DNA from: Fonticula alba ATCC 38817
Lineage: Eukaryota; Protista; Nucleariida
Length of the DNA: 40,640 bases
Reading direction: 5' to 3' (one strand)
NCBI GenBank assembly: GCA_000388065.2
Contig: KB932208.1
Positions 21,407 through 34,332 of this stretch are shown piece by piece. The translations under genes were made by a program, and so were the position numbers. The first letter of the stretch is position 1; each line of letters starts with the position of its first letter. The notes under the pieces were generated by a model. It did not search any database. It was not told where the DNA came from and saw nothing but the letters and a program-made list of their open reading frames with translations.

Positions 21407-23262
21407 ATGTCTGTTGCTAGCGAAAAGCGCCCAGCCGCTGCCATGGATGAGTCTCCCTCCTCGCAGACTCTCGCGGTGGTCCAGCAAACCAAGCGCGCCA
21501 AGGAGTCCACCGATACCCAGCTGGCGAAGGTTGCCCCGGTGCGTGTCCATCTGGGGCGTCGGTGCACTGGGCCGCTTTTGGCGGTCTCGATCGGACTCTC
21601 GCTCTGACATTTGCCCCCCCCCCCCCCCGCCCTCCCCGGTCCACCTGTGCGGCCCATGATGCCGCCACACCGCGCAGAAGGTCCGCCGGACGTCGCGCCT
21701 GTCGGACCCGGTGGTGACTCTGGTCGACGCACACCCCAAGGGTGCCAGCATCAACGCCGTGCGGGTATCCCCCTGTGGCGAGGTCCTGGCCTCTGGCGGT
21801 GACGATGGGTCAATCCGTGCGTGGGCTCCATCCCCAGGGCCGGCTCCTAGAGCCGGCCATTCACCCGGCAAATGTCCCCTCCCCACCTTCCACGGTAACT
21901 GACGCCCCTCCCCTTTCCCGGCTGGCCGGGGTCCCCCCCTCCCCCCCCCCCCCCCCCACGTTTGGCGGTGCCGCAGAGTTGTGGAAGTTTTTCCCCCCGA
22001 TGGAGAATCATGCGGCGCTGAAAGGACACTCGCATGCCATCCGTGATCTGGCCTTCGCGGCATCCGGCACCCGCAACAATCCCGGGGCCCTGTACTCGGC
22101 GTCGGCCGACCAGTCGGTTGCTGTCTGGGACACGGCCACGGCGCAGCGCGTCCGCCGCTGGCGCCACCGGACTGGCGTCATCAACACCATCGCCGCCGCG
22201 CCGGCCGGAACCTCCTTCGCCTCGGCCGGCGACGATGGCCAGCTGAAGGTTCGCTCGCCACGGTCGCCCCTTGCCCCTGCTCCCCCACACCCCGACTTGG
22301 CCACTGACGCGCCTCTGGCTTGGACTTTTGCGCAGATTTTCGACGTCCGCGAGAAGCGCGCCACACATTCGGTTTCGCATGGACACCCGCTCACCTCCCT
22401 GGCCTGGGCGCCCTCCTTCTCCTACGGTGCCGACATCTCGGCCGGTGTCACCGGTGCCGATGAGCACCTCATCTTTGTCGGTGGCGTGGACAATCTGATT
22501 CGCGTGCGTCGCCGCTCCCCTGCCCGTGTTCTTGTGCCGGCGCTTCCCTCTGCACCTCTGCCCACTTAGCTCCTTGGTCTCCCTGACTGGTTGTGTATGT
22601 CTGCCCCCCCCCCCCCCCCCCCCCCCCGCGTGACAAATACTTCCCCGTCCGCCTGCTTTGGTCCCCTCGGCCCCCCTCTGCCACAACAGGCGTACGACAT
22701 GCGAACCATCGTCAGCAGCCAGGCGGCCGATACCCCCGCCAACGCGCTGTTCATCCTGCGTGGCCACCGGGACACCGTGACCGGCCTGCGGCGGTCCCCC
22801 TGTGGCCGCCGCCTGGCGTCCAATGCCGCTGACAGCACGGTTCGCGTGTGGGACTCGCGGTCCTTCGTGACCGGAGCCGCGGCGGCGGCGGCCGCCGCCC
22901 CGGAGGAGGGGGCCGTGCCGCTGGACCCGCGCCTCCGTGCGACGCTCAATGGCGCACCGCATGCGGCTACCCTGCCTCACCTCCTGCCCCGGGTGGCCTG
23001 GTCGCCGACCGGGTCGCACCTGGCCGCCGGGTCGCCGGCCGAGCGGTCGGTGTGCGTGTGGGATGTCTCATCGGTGCCACTTGGCGCCGGTGGCGGCGGC
23101 TCGGCGCAGCTGGTCTACAAGCTCCCCGGTCATCAGGGGGCCGTAACCGATGTCGACTGGGCGCGTGGCGGGGCCTCCGAGAGTGACGGCCCCAGCGCCG
23201 AGGGGGTCGGTATCCTGGCCTCCTCGGGTCTCGATGGTGTGGTCTTTGTGGGCGAGGTGTGA
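21407..23262 (+). CDS. SNRNP40: U5 snRNP 40-kDa WD40 protein, 427 aa, 5 exons: 21407-21538, 21678-21816, 21977-22248, 22336-22503, 22690-23262
   Basis: WD40 repeats with SNRNP40-typical segments: RTSRLSDPVVTL, LYSASADQSVAVWD, IFVGGVDN, LRGHRDTVTGL...SNAADSTVRVWD, VAWSPTGSHLAAGS, LVYKLPGHQGAV, VFVGEV*. Phases 0,1,0,0 are consistent. Confidence 0.9.
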
Positions 23263-23493
23263 GGGGATGATGGCCGCGCCGTCCCCGTCCGCCCCTTGCT
23301 CCTTTGTTCGCCTGGCCCTCGATGGGTGCCCAACCCTTGGACGCCCGATTCTCCTACCCCCCCCCCCCCCACTCTTGTCCCTCCCACCAAAAAAAACACA
23401 AAAACCCACCCCACCCCCCCCCCCCCCTTACCCACGCATCCACGCTTTCCTGCGTGCGTCCCCCCACACATAGGTCTGTTCCTTGAGAAATAC

Positions 23494-23499
23494 AATAAA
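23494..23499 (+). terminator. Putative polyadenylation signal AATAAA of SNRNP40
   Basis: 232 nt after the stop codon. Confidence 0.55.
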
Positions 23500-23904
23500 A
23501 AACGCCTCCCCTCCTTCGAGCAGAAAATGCCTCGCACCGGGGGGGGGGGGGGGACACCCGGCACCACAGCCCCGCCCCATGCCGGCCGGACCGTGTCGCG
23601 GTGTGGTCCCCTCCCGCCCCGTCTGACCCGGCCCGGCACATGCGGAGGGCTTTTTCCCAGAGACGCAAGGAGGGACGGCAAAGCTCGGCATTTCGTTGGC
23701 ACTTCAGGGAGATTGCCGTCTCCGCTGCCCGATGGCTGCGCGCTCACGCGCCGGAGGCTGCCCAGGACGGCTGGCCCTCTTGCAATGGAAATATACGGCT
23801 CTGGGCGAGCAGGACTGAGGGCCCCGGTATTCTCCCCGGGGGAAGCCCTCATCGGGCCGTCCCCTGTGCGTGGCAGACCCAGGGGTGGGGGCGACCGGGG
23901 GGGG

Positions 23905-24046
23905 NNNNNNNNNNNNNNNNNNNNNNNNNNNNNNNNNNNNNNNNNNNNNNNNNNNNNNNNNNNNNNNNNNNNNNNNNNNNNNNNNNNNNNNNNNNNNNNN
24001 NNNNNNNNNNNNNNNNNNNNNNNNNNNNNNNNNNNNNNNNNNNNNN
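23905..24046. other. Assembly gap (142 N)
   Basis: Run of N between G and C homopolymers. Confidence 1.
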
Positions 24047-24163
24047 CCCCCGCCGGCATCCTGCCCTCCAAACCCCTCTTTCCCCCCCCTCTCTGTCTCC
24101 TCCCCTCCCCCCTGCACATCCTCCCCCTCTGCTGGTCTGTGCGCCACTGCGCTTTCCACTGCC

Positions 24164-25217
24164 ATGTCGAGGTCCACCCACAACTCAAGCATCAACTCCG
24201 ATGCCACCTCTCCCGACCCGTCGGACGTTGACTCCCCCGGTAGCTCAATAGACCCTGAGGACGTCGGCGGCTTCGACTCTGAGGGTGCGCCTCGCTCCCA
24301 TTCCTTCGGGCCAGCTCTTCCCCCTCTCCCTGCCGCCGATACGGTGCCTGACCCATCCCCCCCCCCCTCTGCCGATACATCTAGCCGAGAACGACGCCGC
24401 CATCCGGAGGCGTAATGTCCTGGAGCATCTTTGCCTCATCGAGAAGGAGTTCTTCGAGCTTCGTGACCATCTCTTCATCGAGAAGGCCTCGGCCATCGAG
24501 CGCGAAATTGAGCTGGTGTCCAAGGGTATGTCCCTGCTCGACCGCCCAGCCATGCGCCTGGCACTTCTTCTCTGACCCCCTGCTCGCCCTGCTCACCCTC
24601 CGGCCCTGCTGTCGACCACGCTCGGCGCCACTCAGGCACGCATCCGGACCTGGATGACAACCTGGACAACCTGCTCCTGCGTCGGTCGGACAAGTTGGCC
24701 CGAGCCCTGCACTGGTACAATTACCGCCTGCGCAAGGAGGAAATCGTGTACCAGGCCGAGTGCCGCACCATCAATGCGGATTTCGACAACAGTTACAAGG
24801 GCGCTCGCGACAAGCTTCTCGAGCACCTTGCTGATGCGCGTCGACGCCTGGACGACGAGCGCCTGTCCAGCTTCGACCTGGGTGTCGGTGCGTACTCCTC
24901 CCACCCCCCCGTTGCCATGGCACCTGTCTGGGCACCACACCGACTCACCTGGGTCTGTTTTCTCCTCCCCCCCCCCCCCCCCCCCCTTCTGGCAGACCCC
25001 ACGTCGGAAAGTCACAACCGCATCGCTCCGCCGCGGAAGCTCCGCCGGAGGACCGGCTCGGCCAACATGCCGCCGAATAGCGGCTCGTCCCTGACCGGCC
25101 CGGCCAGCAGCGATGCGTCTGACAACAAGAACACCAAGAAGCGCGTGACTCAGGGTCCAGCCATCGAGGACCGGCTTGTCGACACGGACGCCCGTTCGGA
25201 TGCCGACCGGGTATTGA

Positions 25218-25264
<47 letters not shown>

Positions 25265-25497
25265 TTTACGTCCCACCTATTGGTCGGGGGCTGCCTGCCT
25301 GCACGCTGGTTGGCCGGCCACTGACTGTCCTTTTTCCCTCTTCCTCCCCTTCGCCACCTTCGCATTTCCTCCCGAAGATCATCCACCAATCGCCCGGCGG
25401 TTCGGAACTCATTTCCCGGCTGGGCCTGGCCATCCCCGAGCCGGCCCCTGTCGTGACGCCGGCCCCAACACAGAAGTCCAAGCGCTCGCGCCTCTGA
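24164..25497 (+). CDS. Sds3/BRMS1-family Sin3-HDAC complex subunit, about 285 aa, 5 exons: 24164-24284, 24385-24525, 24636-24887, 24996-25219, 25378-25497
   Basis: An acidic/Ser N-terminus is followed by a coiled coil RRRNVLEHLCLIEKEFFELRDHLFIEKASAIEREIELVSKGTHPDL...DKLLEHLADARRRLDDER, then RKLRRR and GPAIEDRLVDTDARSD (compare Sds3 GPYIVYMLQEIDILED). The last-exon acceptor (AAG) is less certain. Confidence 0.8.
25220..25263 (+). repeat. (GT)22 microsatellite starting at the Sds3-like intron-4 donor
   Basis: AAG|GTGTGT... read directly. Confidence 0.95.
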
Positions 25498-25864
25498 GCC
25501 GGCGAGCCGGACAGGACGGCCGACGGGGCTCCCCCCGGCCTGCCTCTTGGGCACATTCGCATACGCCTGCCTTCTTGTGCCTTCCCCTGTCTCCCTTCGC
25601 CTGGCCAGCCGGCCCCTCCTCTTCTTTCGGCCACCTCGTGGCGGCAGATGCATGCACATGTGTGTAGATGCACATGTGCGCCTCTGTCCACGCGCATATG
25701 CCTACCTCCGGGCCTTGCCCTGCTCTTTTGTGCCTCTCAGGAAGGAGTGTCCTCAGCAAGAAACCAAAACAATACAAATCCCACATCAATGCATGCGTGC
25801 GCGGAGAGGGGGGGGGGGGGGGGCGCACGAGGCCGTGCCCGAGAGGGACACAAGGTCGTGGGCA

Positions 25865-25870
25865 TTTATT
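25865..25870 (-). terminator. Putative polyadenylation signal AATAAA of the PCD gene
   Basis: TTTATT on +, 112 nt downstream of the minus-strand stop at 25982. Confidence 0.6.
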
Positions 25871-25981
25871 GGCATCTTTCTTGCCTTCCTCGATCGGAGT
25901 GGCGGGAGACCCTCCGGCGAGACCTCTCTGTCTCTCAGAGGGCGGCCGGCCACGGGCAGCCAGCGGACGTCGGGCAAACAC

Positions 25982-26302
25982 TTAGAGGTTGGCGCCGGCG
26001 GCGGTGGCGGCCTCCTCGATGACCTTGATCAGGTTGATGTCGTTGAAGGAGAGGCCGGAGCAGTCGTGCGTGGACATGGTGATCTCCACGCGGTTGTAGA
26101 CATTGAACCACTCCGGGTGGTGGTTCTTGGACTCGGCCACCAGGGCAACGTGAGACATGAACCCGAAAGCATGGACAAAGTCCTTGAAGAGGAAGGTCTT
26201 CTTGACGGCGTCGCGCCCCTCGACCATGGTCCAGCCCTTGGCAAGCAGGGGAGCAAGGTGGGTGCTGCGCTCGTCGGCGGTGAGCAGGGTCGGGACGGCC
26301 AT
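25982..26302 (-). CDS. PCBD: Pterin-4-alpha-carbinolamine dehydratase (PCD/DCoH), 106 aa, single exon
   Basis: [12 protein letters not shown]...[69 protein letters not shown]. It carries the catalytic NHHPEW...YN...THD...D signature. Confidence 0.95.
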   Translation of the reverse strand: MAVPTLLTADERSTHLAPLLAKGWTMVEGRDAVKKTFLFKDFVHAFGFMSHVALVAESKNHHPEWFNVYNRVEITMSTHDCSGLSFNDINLIKVIEEAATAAGANL

Positions 26303-26909
26303 CTTGTCGAAGAGGATGGAAGGGGGGAGAGGGGGGGAGATGCGCGCGTCCAGAGGGGAGGGGCGTGCGGGAGATGGGGGGAGGGGGTCTGTGTCATTGC
26401 CTCGCAGGCGCCAGCAAGTTGGGGGCGGACTTTTCATCGGCGCTCGCCTGGGATGTGACAACAGCCGTGTCTGAATGTGTCCGCGGGGGGGGGGGACAAC
26501 CACCACGCCGGACACGAGGCCAACGTCTGAACGCGGGCCCCATACATCGGGGGACTGACTTGCCCGTGCCCCGGAAGGCCGGGCCGGGTGCCTTCCTCGC
26601 CACCGGACAAAAAGGGGGGCAGCCGGAAGACAAGGGTGACCCGAGGGGCCTAGATGCCTCCTCTGGCATCCCTGAGCTCCCCCCGCACCGGAGGCATATG
26701 ACCAAATTCCAAGGGAGATGCCCCACGTGCTAGTTCTGTGAGATCACACCTCCTTGGTTTGTTTAGGAAAGGCCCCACGGGGCCAGCGCGCCCTCCTGGG
26801 CCAGGCGTTCGCCCCGGTAACGATGGAGAAGCGTCCTTGCCGGTGGGGTGGGGCAACCTTCGGCGGTCGGGCGCGCTGTGGGTGTACGGGCGGGCCCCGG
26901 CTGGGGGAC

Positions 26910-26911
<2 letters not shown>

Positions 26912-26990
<79 letters not shown>
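26912..26990 (+). repeat. Poly-G tract (G79), poly-C on the PCD sense strand
   Basis: Read directly; length unreliable. Confidence 0.85.
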
Positions 26991-26991
<1 letters not shown>

Positions 26992-28691
26992 GATGTTGTG
27001 CACTGGGCAGAAGACGCGGGGGATGCGACCGGCCACCATCATCTCACCACCCTCCGCCCGCCCCCTCATCATCGCCCATGCATCCCCCCCCCCCACCCGG
27101 TCGGCCTGTCGGATGGGTGTGGGCGCGGGCGGGGGCGGAGGTGTGGGCGACCGGGCCGGCTGGCCAGGTTAGCCTTGCCGTATTAATTAGCCACCCTTCT
27201 CCGGAGGTTTTCGGCCCCTGCGAGGCAGCCTCCCCCGGGACCGCACGCTTGAGCTGCATGCCTTTGGGGCTGGCAGTGGGGGGGGGGGGGGGACACGCAT
27301 GCAGGTGGGACGGACCGGCTAGTTACTAGGGGAGGGTGAGCATTTGACGGGCCGCGAAATGTGACACCTGGCCCGGTGGCCCGGCGGCGGATGTTTGTGC
27401 GTGGGGGCACGCGTCTGTGTGTGTGTGTGTGTGTATGGGGACTTGAGTGGGCGTGTGCGTAGGAGTCAGGCGGGCAGTCAGACGAGGGCATGCTGGTGCA
27501 GGTACGCCGGCCGTGTGTCCATTGCCTGGGCGGCCCGCAGCCGACCGCGGCCCCTTGAGTTTGGGCAAAAATGGCGATGCACACTGCCGGCGCCCCCTGC
27601 GCGGGTTATGCCCAGAAACGCGCATTAACCACGCGCCCCTGGCCAGAGCAGGAGGGCCCAGCGTGAGAGGAACAGCGGCGCCGCGACGCCAGCCGGGCTG
27701 CCCTCATCGGGCGGACCCCGAGGATGGGTTGGCAGTATGCGCATTTTCTCACGCTATTCAAAGTCCATGAACAAATATCGGCACCGCCCGGCGTCCGCGT
27801 CATTGGGCCTTCCGAGCGGCGGAGGGCACCAAGAGGCGGGTGATGTCGGACGCGGGGTTCTCTCGCCCTCTCTCTCTTTCTCTCTTCCTCTCTGTTTCGG
27901 CCCAACGTTCCGGGCCTGTCTTCGCCGGATCGGCGCACGCCTCCCCCGATCGGGCCCTCCCTGCCTGAACGCCTTCCAGTACGGTCATCGGCTCCCCCTT
28001 GCTTCGCCATCTCCAGGCCGGATGGCCTGACGGTAGGCCGCGGTCGTGCGTCAGGCGTCGCGGCTGCGAGTCGGCCTCCTGACGGGAGGCCCGTCCGGGG
28101 CAGGGAAGGGGGGGGGGAAGCGAGGTCATCCCTCCTTGGCCCCCACTCCCCGCCGCACCCCCCGGGCACTATCCCTGCTCTTGTGGGGGGGATTGCCAAT
28201 CTAGCCGGTGTTCATTGGCACAATCAGGCTTCCGGCCGGACTAGCCGTCCGAGAGTCTAGAGCGCGTTTGTCCCCCGGGCATGCGCGTCCCCCCCCCCCT
28301 CCTCCTCCCCCCCCCCCCTCGCTCATACACACACATTTTTCCATTCGTTGCGTATCTGTGTGCATCACATCCGCACCAGCGAAGGGAGCTATCTCGAAGT
28401 CAGCCGGCTGGGCCAAACACGGGGGGCACTGCGCTGTCGTGGAGCTGCAGGGAGAAGGCCTCCCAGTCGGGGGAGGCGGAGGATGTGTGCTCCCTGCGCT
28501 TGATAAACCCACGGCCCCAGCCGGGACCTTTGAGCGGGTTGTGTGGGGAGGCAGGATGCTGGCCACCCTGCCCGGCCACCCTGCCTTAGAGAGAGAAAGA
28601 GAACCCACATCTTTTCCCTCCCCGTCCCCCCCCCCCATTTAAATGCCCCGACCGGCCGGGCCGCATGCGGGGACTCGCCGGCACCCCTTCC

Positions 28692-28706
28692 CCGCCCCCC
28701 CCCCCG

Positions 28707-28752
<46 letters not shown>

Positions 28753-28955
28753 CCCCCCCCCCCCCCCCCCCCCCCCGCGTTTTCCCCCCCCCCCCCCCCC
28801 CCCCCCCCCATCCCTACCCCGCCTCGCAGGCACGCACCCTGTGCAATCCCTCTCCCTCGGCCATCCCGCCGCCCTCCGCCTCCCTACCCTCCGCCCGCTC
28901 CAAAAAGGTATCTGCCATTGCCCAGCCCCTGGGTCACTTTCTCGGGCGTGCTCTG

Positions 28956-29019
<64 letters not shown>
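28692..29019 (+). repeat. Poly-C-rich tracts upstream of the glycogen phosphorylase ATG (including C63 at 28957-29019)
   Basis: Read directly. Confidence 0.85.
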
Positions 29020-29020
<1 letters not shown>

Positions 29021-29074
29021 CCCCGCCCCCACTTAGCCCCCTCCCTTCGGCCGCTCTTCGTGACCCATTTACCC

Positions 29075-32000
29075 ATGGTCCCCCCACCGCCATCGGCCAA
29101 CACGGCCGTCAACTATGCCAAAAACGAGTTCGAGGGCAACATCATGTCCTCGACCGAGGGCGACCTGAAGGACGACCGCATGGTTTTCCATGACAGCCAC
29201 GACACCTTCCTGGCCGGCTACAACAAGGTGTGTCGCAGCAGGTCGCCAATGCCCCCTCCGCCCCCGCCCTTGGGACACGCCGTCTGACCAGCTCCCCTTG
29301 CCAACCCGCCTGCACCTGGCCCGTCCCGGCCACCGCGCAACAGAGCCCGCCCCCGGGTTTGCTCCTGCGCAAGATCGAGAAGGTACCGTCTCAGTCTCCC
29401 CGCCCCGCCCGCCCCCCCCCCCCCTCCCCTGGCCGGGGACGGCGCACGGGACGGCCGGGCCGAGGGCGAGGAGAAATGGCCAGCCCGAGTTGGGCCGCGC
29501 ACGCGTGGCCGACATGGGACACGGGGCCCTCCAGGGGGGAGTAAAAAGGGGGGGGCGTTGCAGAGCGCTGGAATGTGGGGCCCGGGGCCTCGCCCGCCAG
29601 GACGGGGCCCAGCCGCCGCGCCGTCCATCCCCCCCCTCCAGTCACTCGGCTCCTGTTCCTGGGAGCTGGCGCCTGGCGCAAACACCTGCTGACACCTTTT
29701 GCTCTGCCTACTGCTGCTGCCCCCACTGACATCCCCCCATGCAAGTAGCTCTCGCCACGCGGCCCCGAGGACCTGCCCCTGGACCAGTCCATCACCGAGG
29801 TCGACCTGTCCAACATCGCCACCCTCGAGTTGTGGAACAAGATTCGCAAGGACTGCGAGAGTGTCGGTGCGCAAAGATCCCCCCTCCCTGCCCGCCTCCT
29901 CTGCTCGCTTGCCATCCTTCGTGCCCCTGGTCCGGGGAAGTCGACTGTTCTCCCCGCAAGGGGGGCTCCCAAGGGCGTGGCCGAGAAGGGAGGGGAGCCA
30001 CAATGCCGGGCTCCGTGATACATTGGCTGACCCTCGGATGACATGCGCAACAGACACCAGCTCCATCCAGCGGTCCTTCGTCAACCATGTCTACTCGACC
30101 CTCGCTCGGACCCCGTACAACCTGGACGAGTTCGGCGCCTACCAGGCGGCCGCCCACAGGTACGTTCTTGAGGGCCTGTCTTTGGCCAGGGATCCTGTGC
30201 CGGCCAGCCTGGCGAACATAATACATGGCATGCCTGCCGGGAGGCCCGCTCTCACCCCGCTCCCCCCATTCCATGGGCCACGGATCGCAGCGTGCGCGAT
30301 CAGCTCATCCACAAGTGGATCTCCACGCAGCAGCACTTCACCCGGAGCAACCCCAAGCGCGTGTACTACCTGTCCTTGGAGTTCCTCATGGGTCGGACCA
30401 TGCAAAACTGCGTGATCAACATGGACATGGAGGAGGCCTATTCCAAGGCCCTGCGCGAGATGGGCCTCGCCTTTGAGACGCTGTACGACCAGGAGACCGA
30501 CGCGGCGCTCGGCAATGGCGGCCTCGGCCGGCTGGCCGCCTGCTACATGGACTCGCTGGCCACGCTGGACTACCCGGCCCTGGGCTACGGGCTCCGATAC
30601 ACGTATGGCATCTTCGAGCAGCGCATCCGCAATGGCGAGGACCAGGTCGAGTACCCGGACTACTGGCTGCGCTTCACCAACCCCTGGGAGGTGGCTCGCG
30701 TGGATGTCGCCTACCCGGTGGGCTTCTATGGCAGTGTGCACAATGACTCGGCCGGGCGTGCCGGCCAGCCCGGCCAGCCGGCCGCCCGGTGGGAGCCGGC
30801 CGAGTTTGTCCAGGCCGTCGCCTATGATGTCCCGATCCCCGGCTACGATACCGACACGGTGCTGAACATCCGCCTGTGGTCGAGCAAGCCCCAGCGTGTG
30901 CGTCGTCGGCCGGTGGTCTGTGTGCCCATGCCCGGGCCCCGATGTGGAGATCGAGGCCATGGCCCGGGGCAAGGAAAAGAGAGACAGAGCGCGCGAGCGA
31001 GAGGGAGGGGGGGGGGGGGAGCGAAGGCGAAGCGAGCGGCAGGAACAGGGCTTCCGCATGCATGTTACTCCCTTCTTGCTATGTGACCAAGGACAGCGTC
31101 TCTAACGTGACACCACCGGGCCCTGGGCCGGGCGCTCCGTTGGCTTGCGCTCTCCTGGCCGGACACGCATGCTTGCATGTGACTTGGACATATAGCAATT
31201 CGACCTTTCCTCCTTCAATGACGGTGAGTACGAAAAGTCCGTTGCCGAGAAGCAGCGCGCCGAGAACATCACCTCGGTTTTGTACCCCAACGACAACACC
31301 CCGGCCGGGAAGGAGCTCCGCCTCAAGCAGCAGGTACGGCCCAAGTGCTCTGCTCCATGGCAGCCATCGGGCGGGGGGGGGGTGGCGGGTTGACTTCTCA
31401 ACACCACAGTAGCGCGGCGTATTATATTATGTTTTTTTTCCCGCAGAAACCCCCCCCCCTCCCCCGGACCCGCCAGACACAGGTGGGGGCGTCCCCCCCC
31501 CCCCCCCCCCTCCGAGCACAGTACTTCTTCGTGTGCGCCACCCTGCAGGACATCCTCCGGCGCTTCAGCAAGCTCAACCTCCCCTGGAGCGAGCTCCCCA
31601 ACAAGGTGGGCATCCAGCTGAATGACACCCACCCCTCGCTGGGCATTGTGGAGCTACAGCGTGTCCTGGTGGACGAGCACGGCCTCGAGTGGGACATCGC
31701 TTGGGCCCTGGTCCAGCGGGTGTATGCCTACACCAACCACACGGTCCTGCCGGAGGCCCTGGAGTGCTGGCCCGTGTCGCTGATGGAGCGCCTCCTGCCT
31801 CGGCACATGCGCATCATCTTCGACATCAACCTGTACTTCCTGCGGTCGGTGGAGCAGCGCTTCCCCGGGGACTACGAGCGCCTCCGCCGCATGAGCATCA
31901 TCGAGGAGGGCCACCAGCAGATGGTCCGCATGGCGTACCTGGCGGTGGTTGGGTCGCACACTGTCAACGGTGTGGCGCGCATCCACTCGGACCTTGTTCG

Positions 32001-32862
32001 GTCGAAGGTGCGTTCTCGGCGCCGGGCTCCGTGCATGCTTTTTTGTTGGCCCGTTCATTCTCCTTGCGTGGGGGGGGCTTCGCCATCCCGGAGGAGGGGC
32101 CGGCACCGGGCAAGAGTGGGCCGGCCGAGGGGACGGGGCCCGGGCGGGGGAGGGGGGAGCAGGCGGCAGGTCCACACTGTGGGCGGACCGGAGCCCAGGG
32201 CTGCCTCGTGGTGTCTAACGCCGAGTGACACTCCTTTTGGCGTTGGGGGGCTTGCCGGCGCCGGCGCATCCGCCGCGTCGGCCCTTCGACCTGCATGGGG
32301 CGGGCGCAGCTCTTCCGCGACTTTGCCGAGTTCTACGGCGACGACAAGTTCGTCAACATCACCAACGGCATCACCCCTCGGCGGTGGCTGCATGTGGCCA
32401 ACCCCCAGCTGAGCGCCCTGATCACCAAGCGCCTGGGCTCCAACCGGTGGCTGAAGGACCTGACCGAGCTGTCCCGGCTCAAGGCCTTCGCCGACGACGA
32501 GGACTTCCAGCAGGAGTGGCGCCAGGTGAAGCGCACCCGGAAGGAGTCCCTGGCCGAGTACATCCAGAAGCATGTGGACACCGCCGGCGAGGGGCCCGTC
32601 AATTCGGAGGCCCTCTTCGATGTGCAGGTCAAGCGCATTCACGAGTACAAGCGCCAGCTGATGAACATCCTTGGCGTGGTCCACCGGTACCTGCGCATCA
32701 AGGAGGCGTCGGCCGAGGAACGCCGCGACATTGTCCCGCGTGTGTTCATCTTCGGCGGCAAGGCCGCCCCGGGTGCGTGACTCGGGGCATATTCTGTCGT
32801 GGGGGGGGGGGNNNNNNNNNNNNNNNNNNNNNNNNNNNNNNNNNNNNNNNNNNNNNNNNNNN

Positions 32863-32893
<31 letters not shown>

Positions 32894-34332
32894 GGGGGGG
32901 CGCGGCCCGGGGCGGACGGGGGGGGGGTGCTCGCCGGGCCGGGGGGGCCCCCGGGCCGGGGGGTTGACATTACCCGGGGGAACATTTGCCCCGGGCCCCG
33001 GTCGCCGGTGGGGTGGGGGGCCCCCCCCCCCCGGGGGGGGGGGGGTGTCGGGGGGGCCCGGGGCGGGGGGGCCGGGGGGCGGCCCCCCCCCCGACCCGGA
33101 TGTGACAGGATACCACACCGCCAAGCTGATCATCAAGCTGATCAACCGCGTGAAGAACGTCATCAACGCCGATCCGGACGCCGAGCTCCGGAAGCTCATC
33201 CGCGTGGTGTACATCCCGAATTACAGCGTCACCCTGGCCGAGCGCATCATCCCGGCCAGCGACATCTCCGAGCACATCAGCACCGCCGGCACTGAGGCCA
33301 GCGGGACCAGCAACATGAAGTTCGTCCTGAACGGCGGCCTGCTGATTGGCACCCGCGATGGGGCCAATGTCGAAATCGCCGAGCACATCGGCGGCTGGGA
33401 TCTGGCCTTCGAGTTCGGCGCCAAGGCCGAGGAGGTCGATGACCTGCGCAACAAGGTCCGCTACCTCCGGCCGGAAATCCACCCGGCCTTCCGCCGTGTG
33501 GTGGAGGCCATCAAGTCCGGGCAGTTCGGCGACAGCTCCCCCTTCGTCAACATGCTGGATCGCTTGGTGTCCGATGGCGACTACTACCTGATCACGGTGG
33601 ACTTCCCGTCATGTGCGTCCTTCGCAAGCGTGTGCCGCCCCCCCCCCCCCCCGCCGCCGGAGACCTGCCCCATGGCGTGCCCTGCGCCGGGGCCGCTGCG
33701 CGGCTGTCTTCTTTGCTTCCTTTCCCTTTCCTTGGGGGCTGCGCAACTCCTGCCCTGGGAGGGGGCGCCCTCGCTGGCGCCCTTTTCCGCCCCCCTTCCA
33801 CCTGGGCGAAGGCATCGGCGCCTCGCCTGAAGGGGACAGGGCGGTGGGCGAGAAGCCCGTGTCGTGGGAGCATCCTTCCAATGGGTGCCTTTTGTGCATG
33901 TTTTGCTGCCCCCCCCCCCCCCCCCCGGCCGCCCCGGCCTCTCCCTCCGCCGCGCCTGCACGCACAGATCCCGAGGCCCAGGAGCGCGTTGATGCCGCGT
34001 ACAAGGACCAGAAGAAGTGGACCCGCATGTCCATCGAGAACTGCGCCGGCATGGGCTTCTTCAGCGCCGACCGCTCTGTCCAGGACTATGCCAAGAAGAT
34101 TTGGGGCATCAACGTGCGTTTTCCGCGCCCCCCGCGCCCCTGCTTGCCTCCCGTCCTCCGGGGCAAGTTGCTAACACGGCCTGCCCGCCCCTTTTGGATT
34201 GCTGCGTCCCGGCCGTCGTGCTTCTTGGCGCATGTGCACGCCTGCCCCTTGGATGCATGCGGCCATGCGCGCACACGCGCACGCGGGGGGCGTTCTCGAA
34301 TGCAGCCCTGTCCGCCGCCGCCGAGCAAGTAA
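29075..34332 (+). CDS. GPH1: Glycogen phosphorylase (GT35, fungal Gph1-like), about 915 aa, 10 exons: 29075-29227, 29749-29866, 30054-30159, 30291-30897, 31196-31333, 31522-32007, 32310-32772, 33109-33612, 33968-34113, 34306-34332
   Basis: [94 protein letters not shown], the PLP-lysine motif [10 protein letters not shown], and [11 protein letters not shown]. All nine introns are GT-AG and the phases sum to an intact frame. The last exon is the least certain. Confidence 0.95.
32812..32861. other. Assembly gap (50 N) inside glycogen phosphorylase intron 7; the flank 32862-33100 looks low-quality
   Basis: Run of N followed by homopolymer-smeared sequence. Confidence 0.95.

Noticed and set aside
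32862-33100. G/C-rich palindromic-looking sequence in glycogen phosphorylase intron 7
   Set aside because: It is adjacent to an N-gap and made of smeared homopolymers, so it is probably low-quality sequence.
33968-33985. Glycogen phosphorylase SYPEAQ where SY[LIV]xxQ is typical
   Set aside because: A single CTC>CCC change would explain it. A base error in this assembly is as likely as a real substitution.
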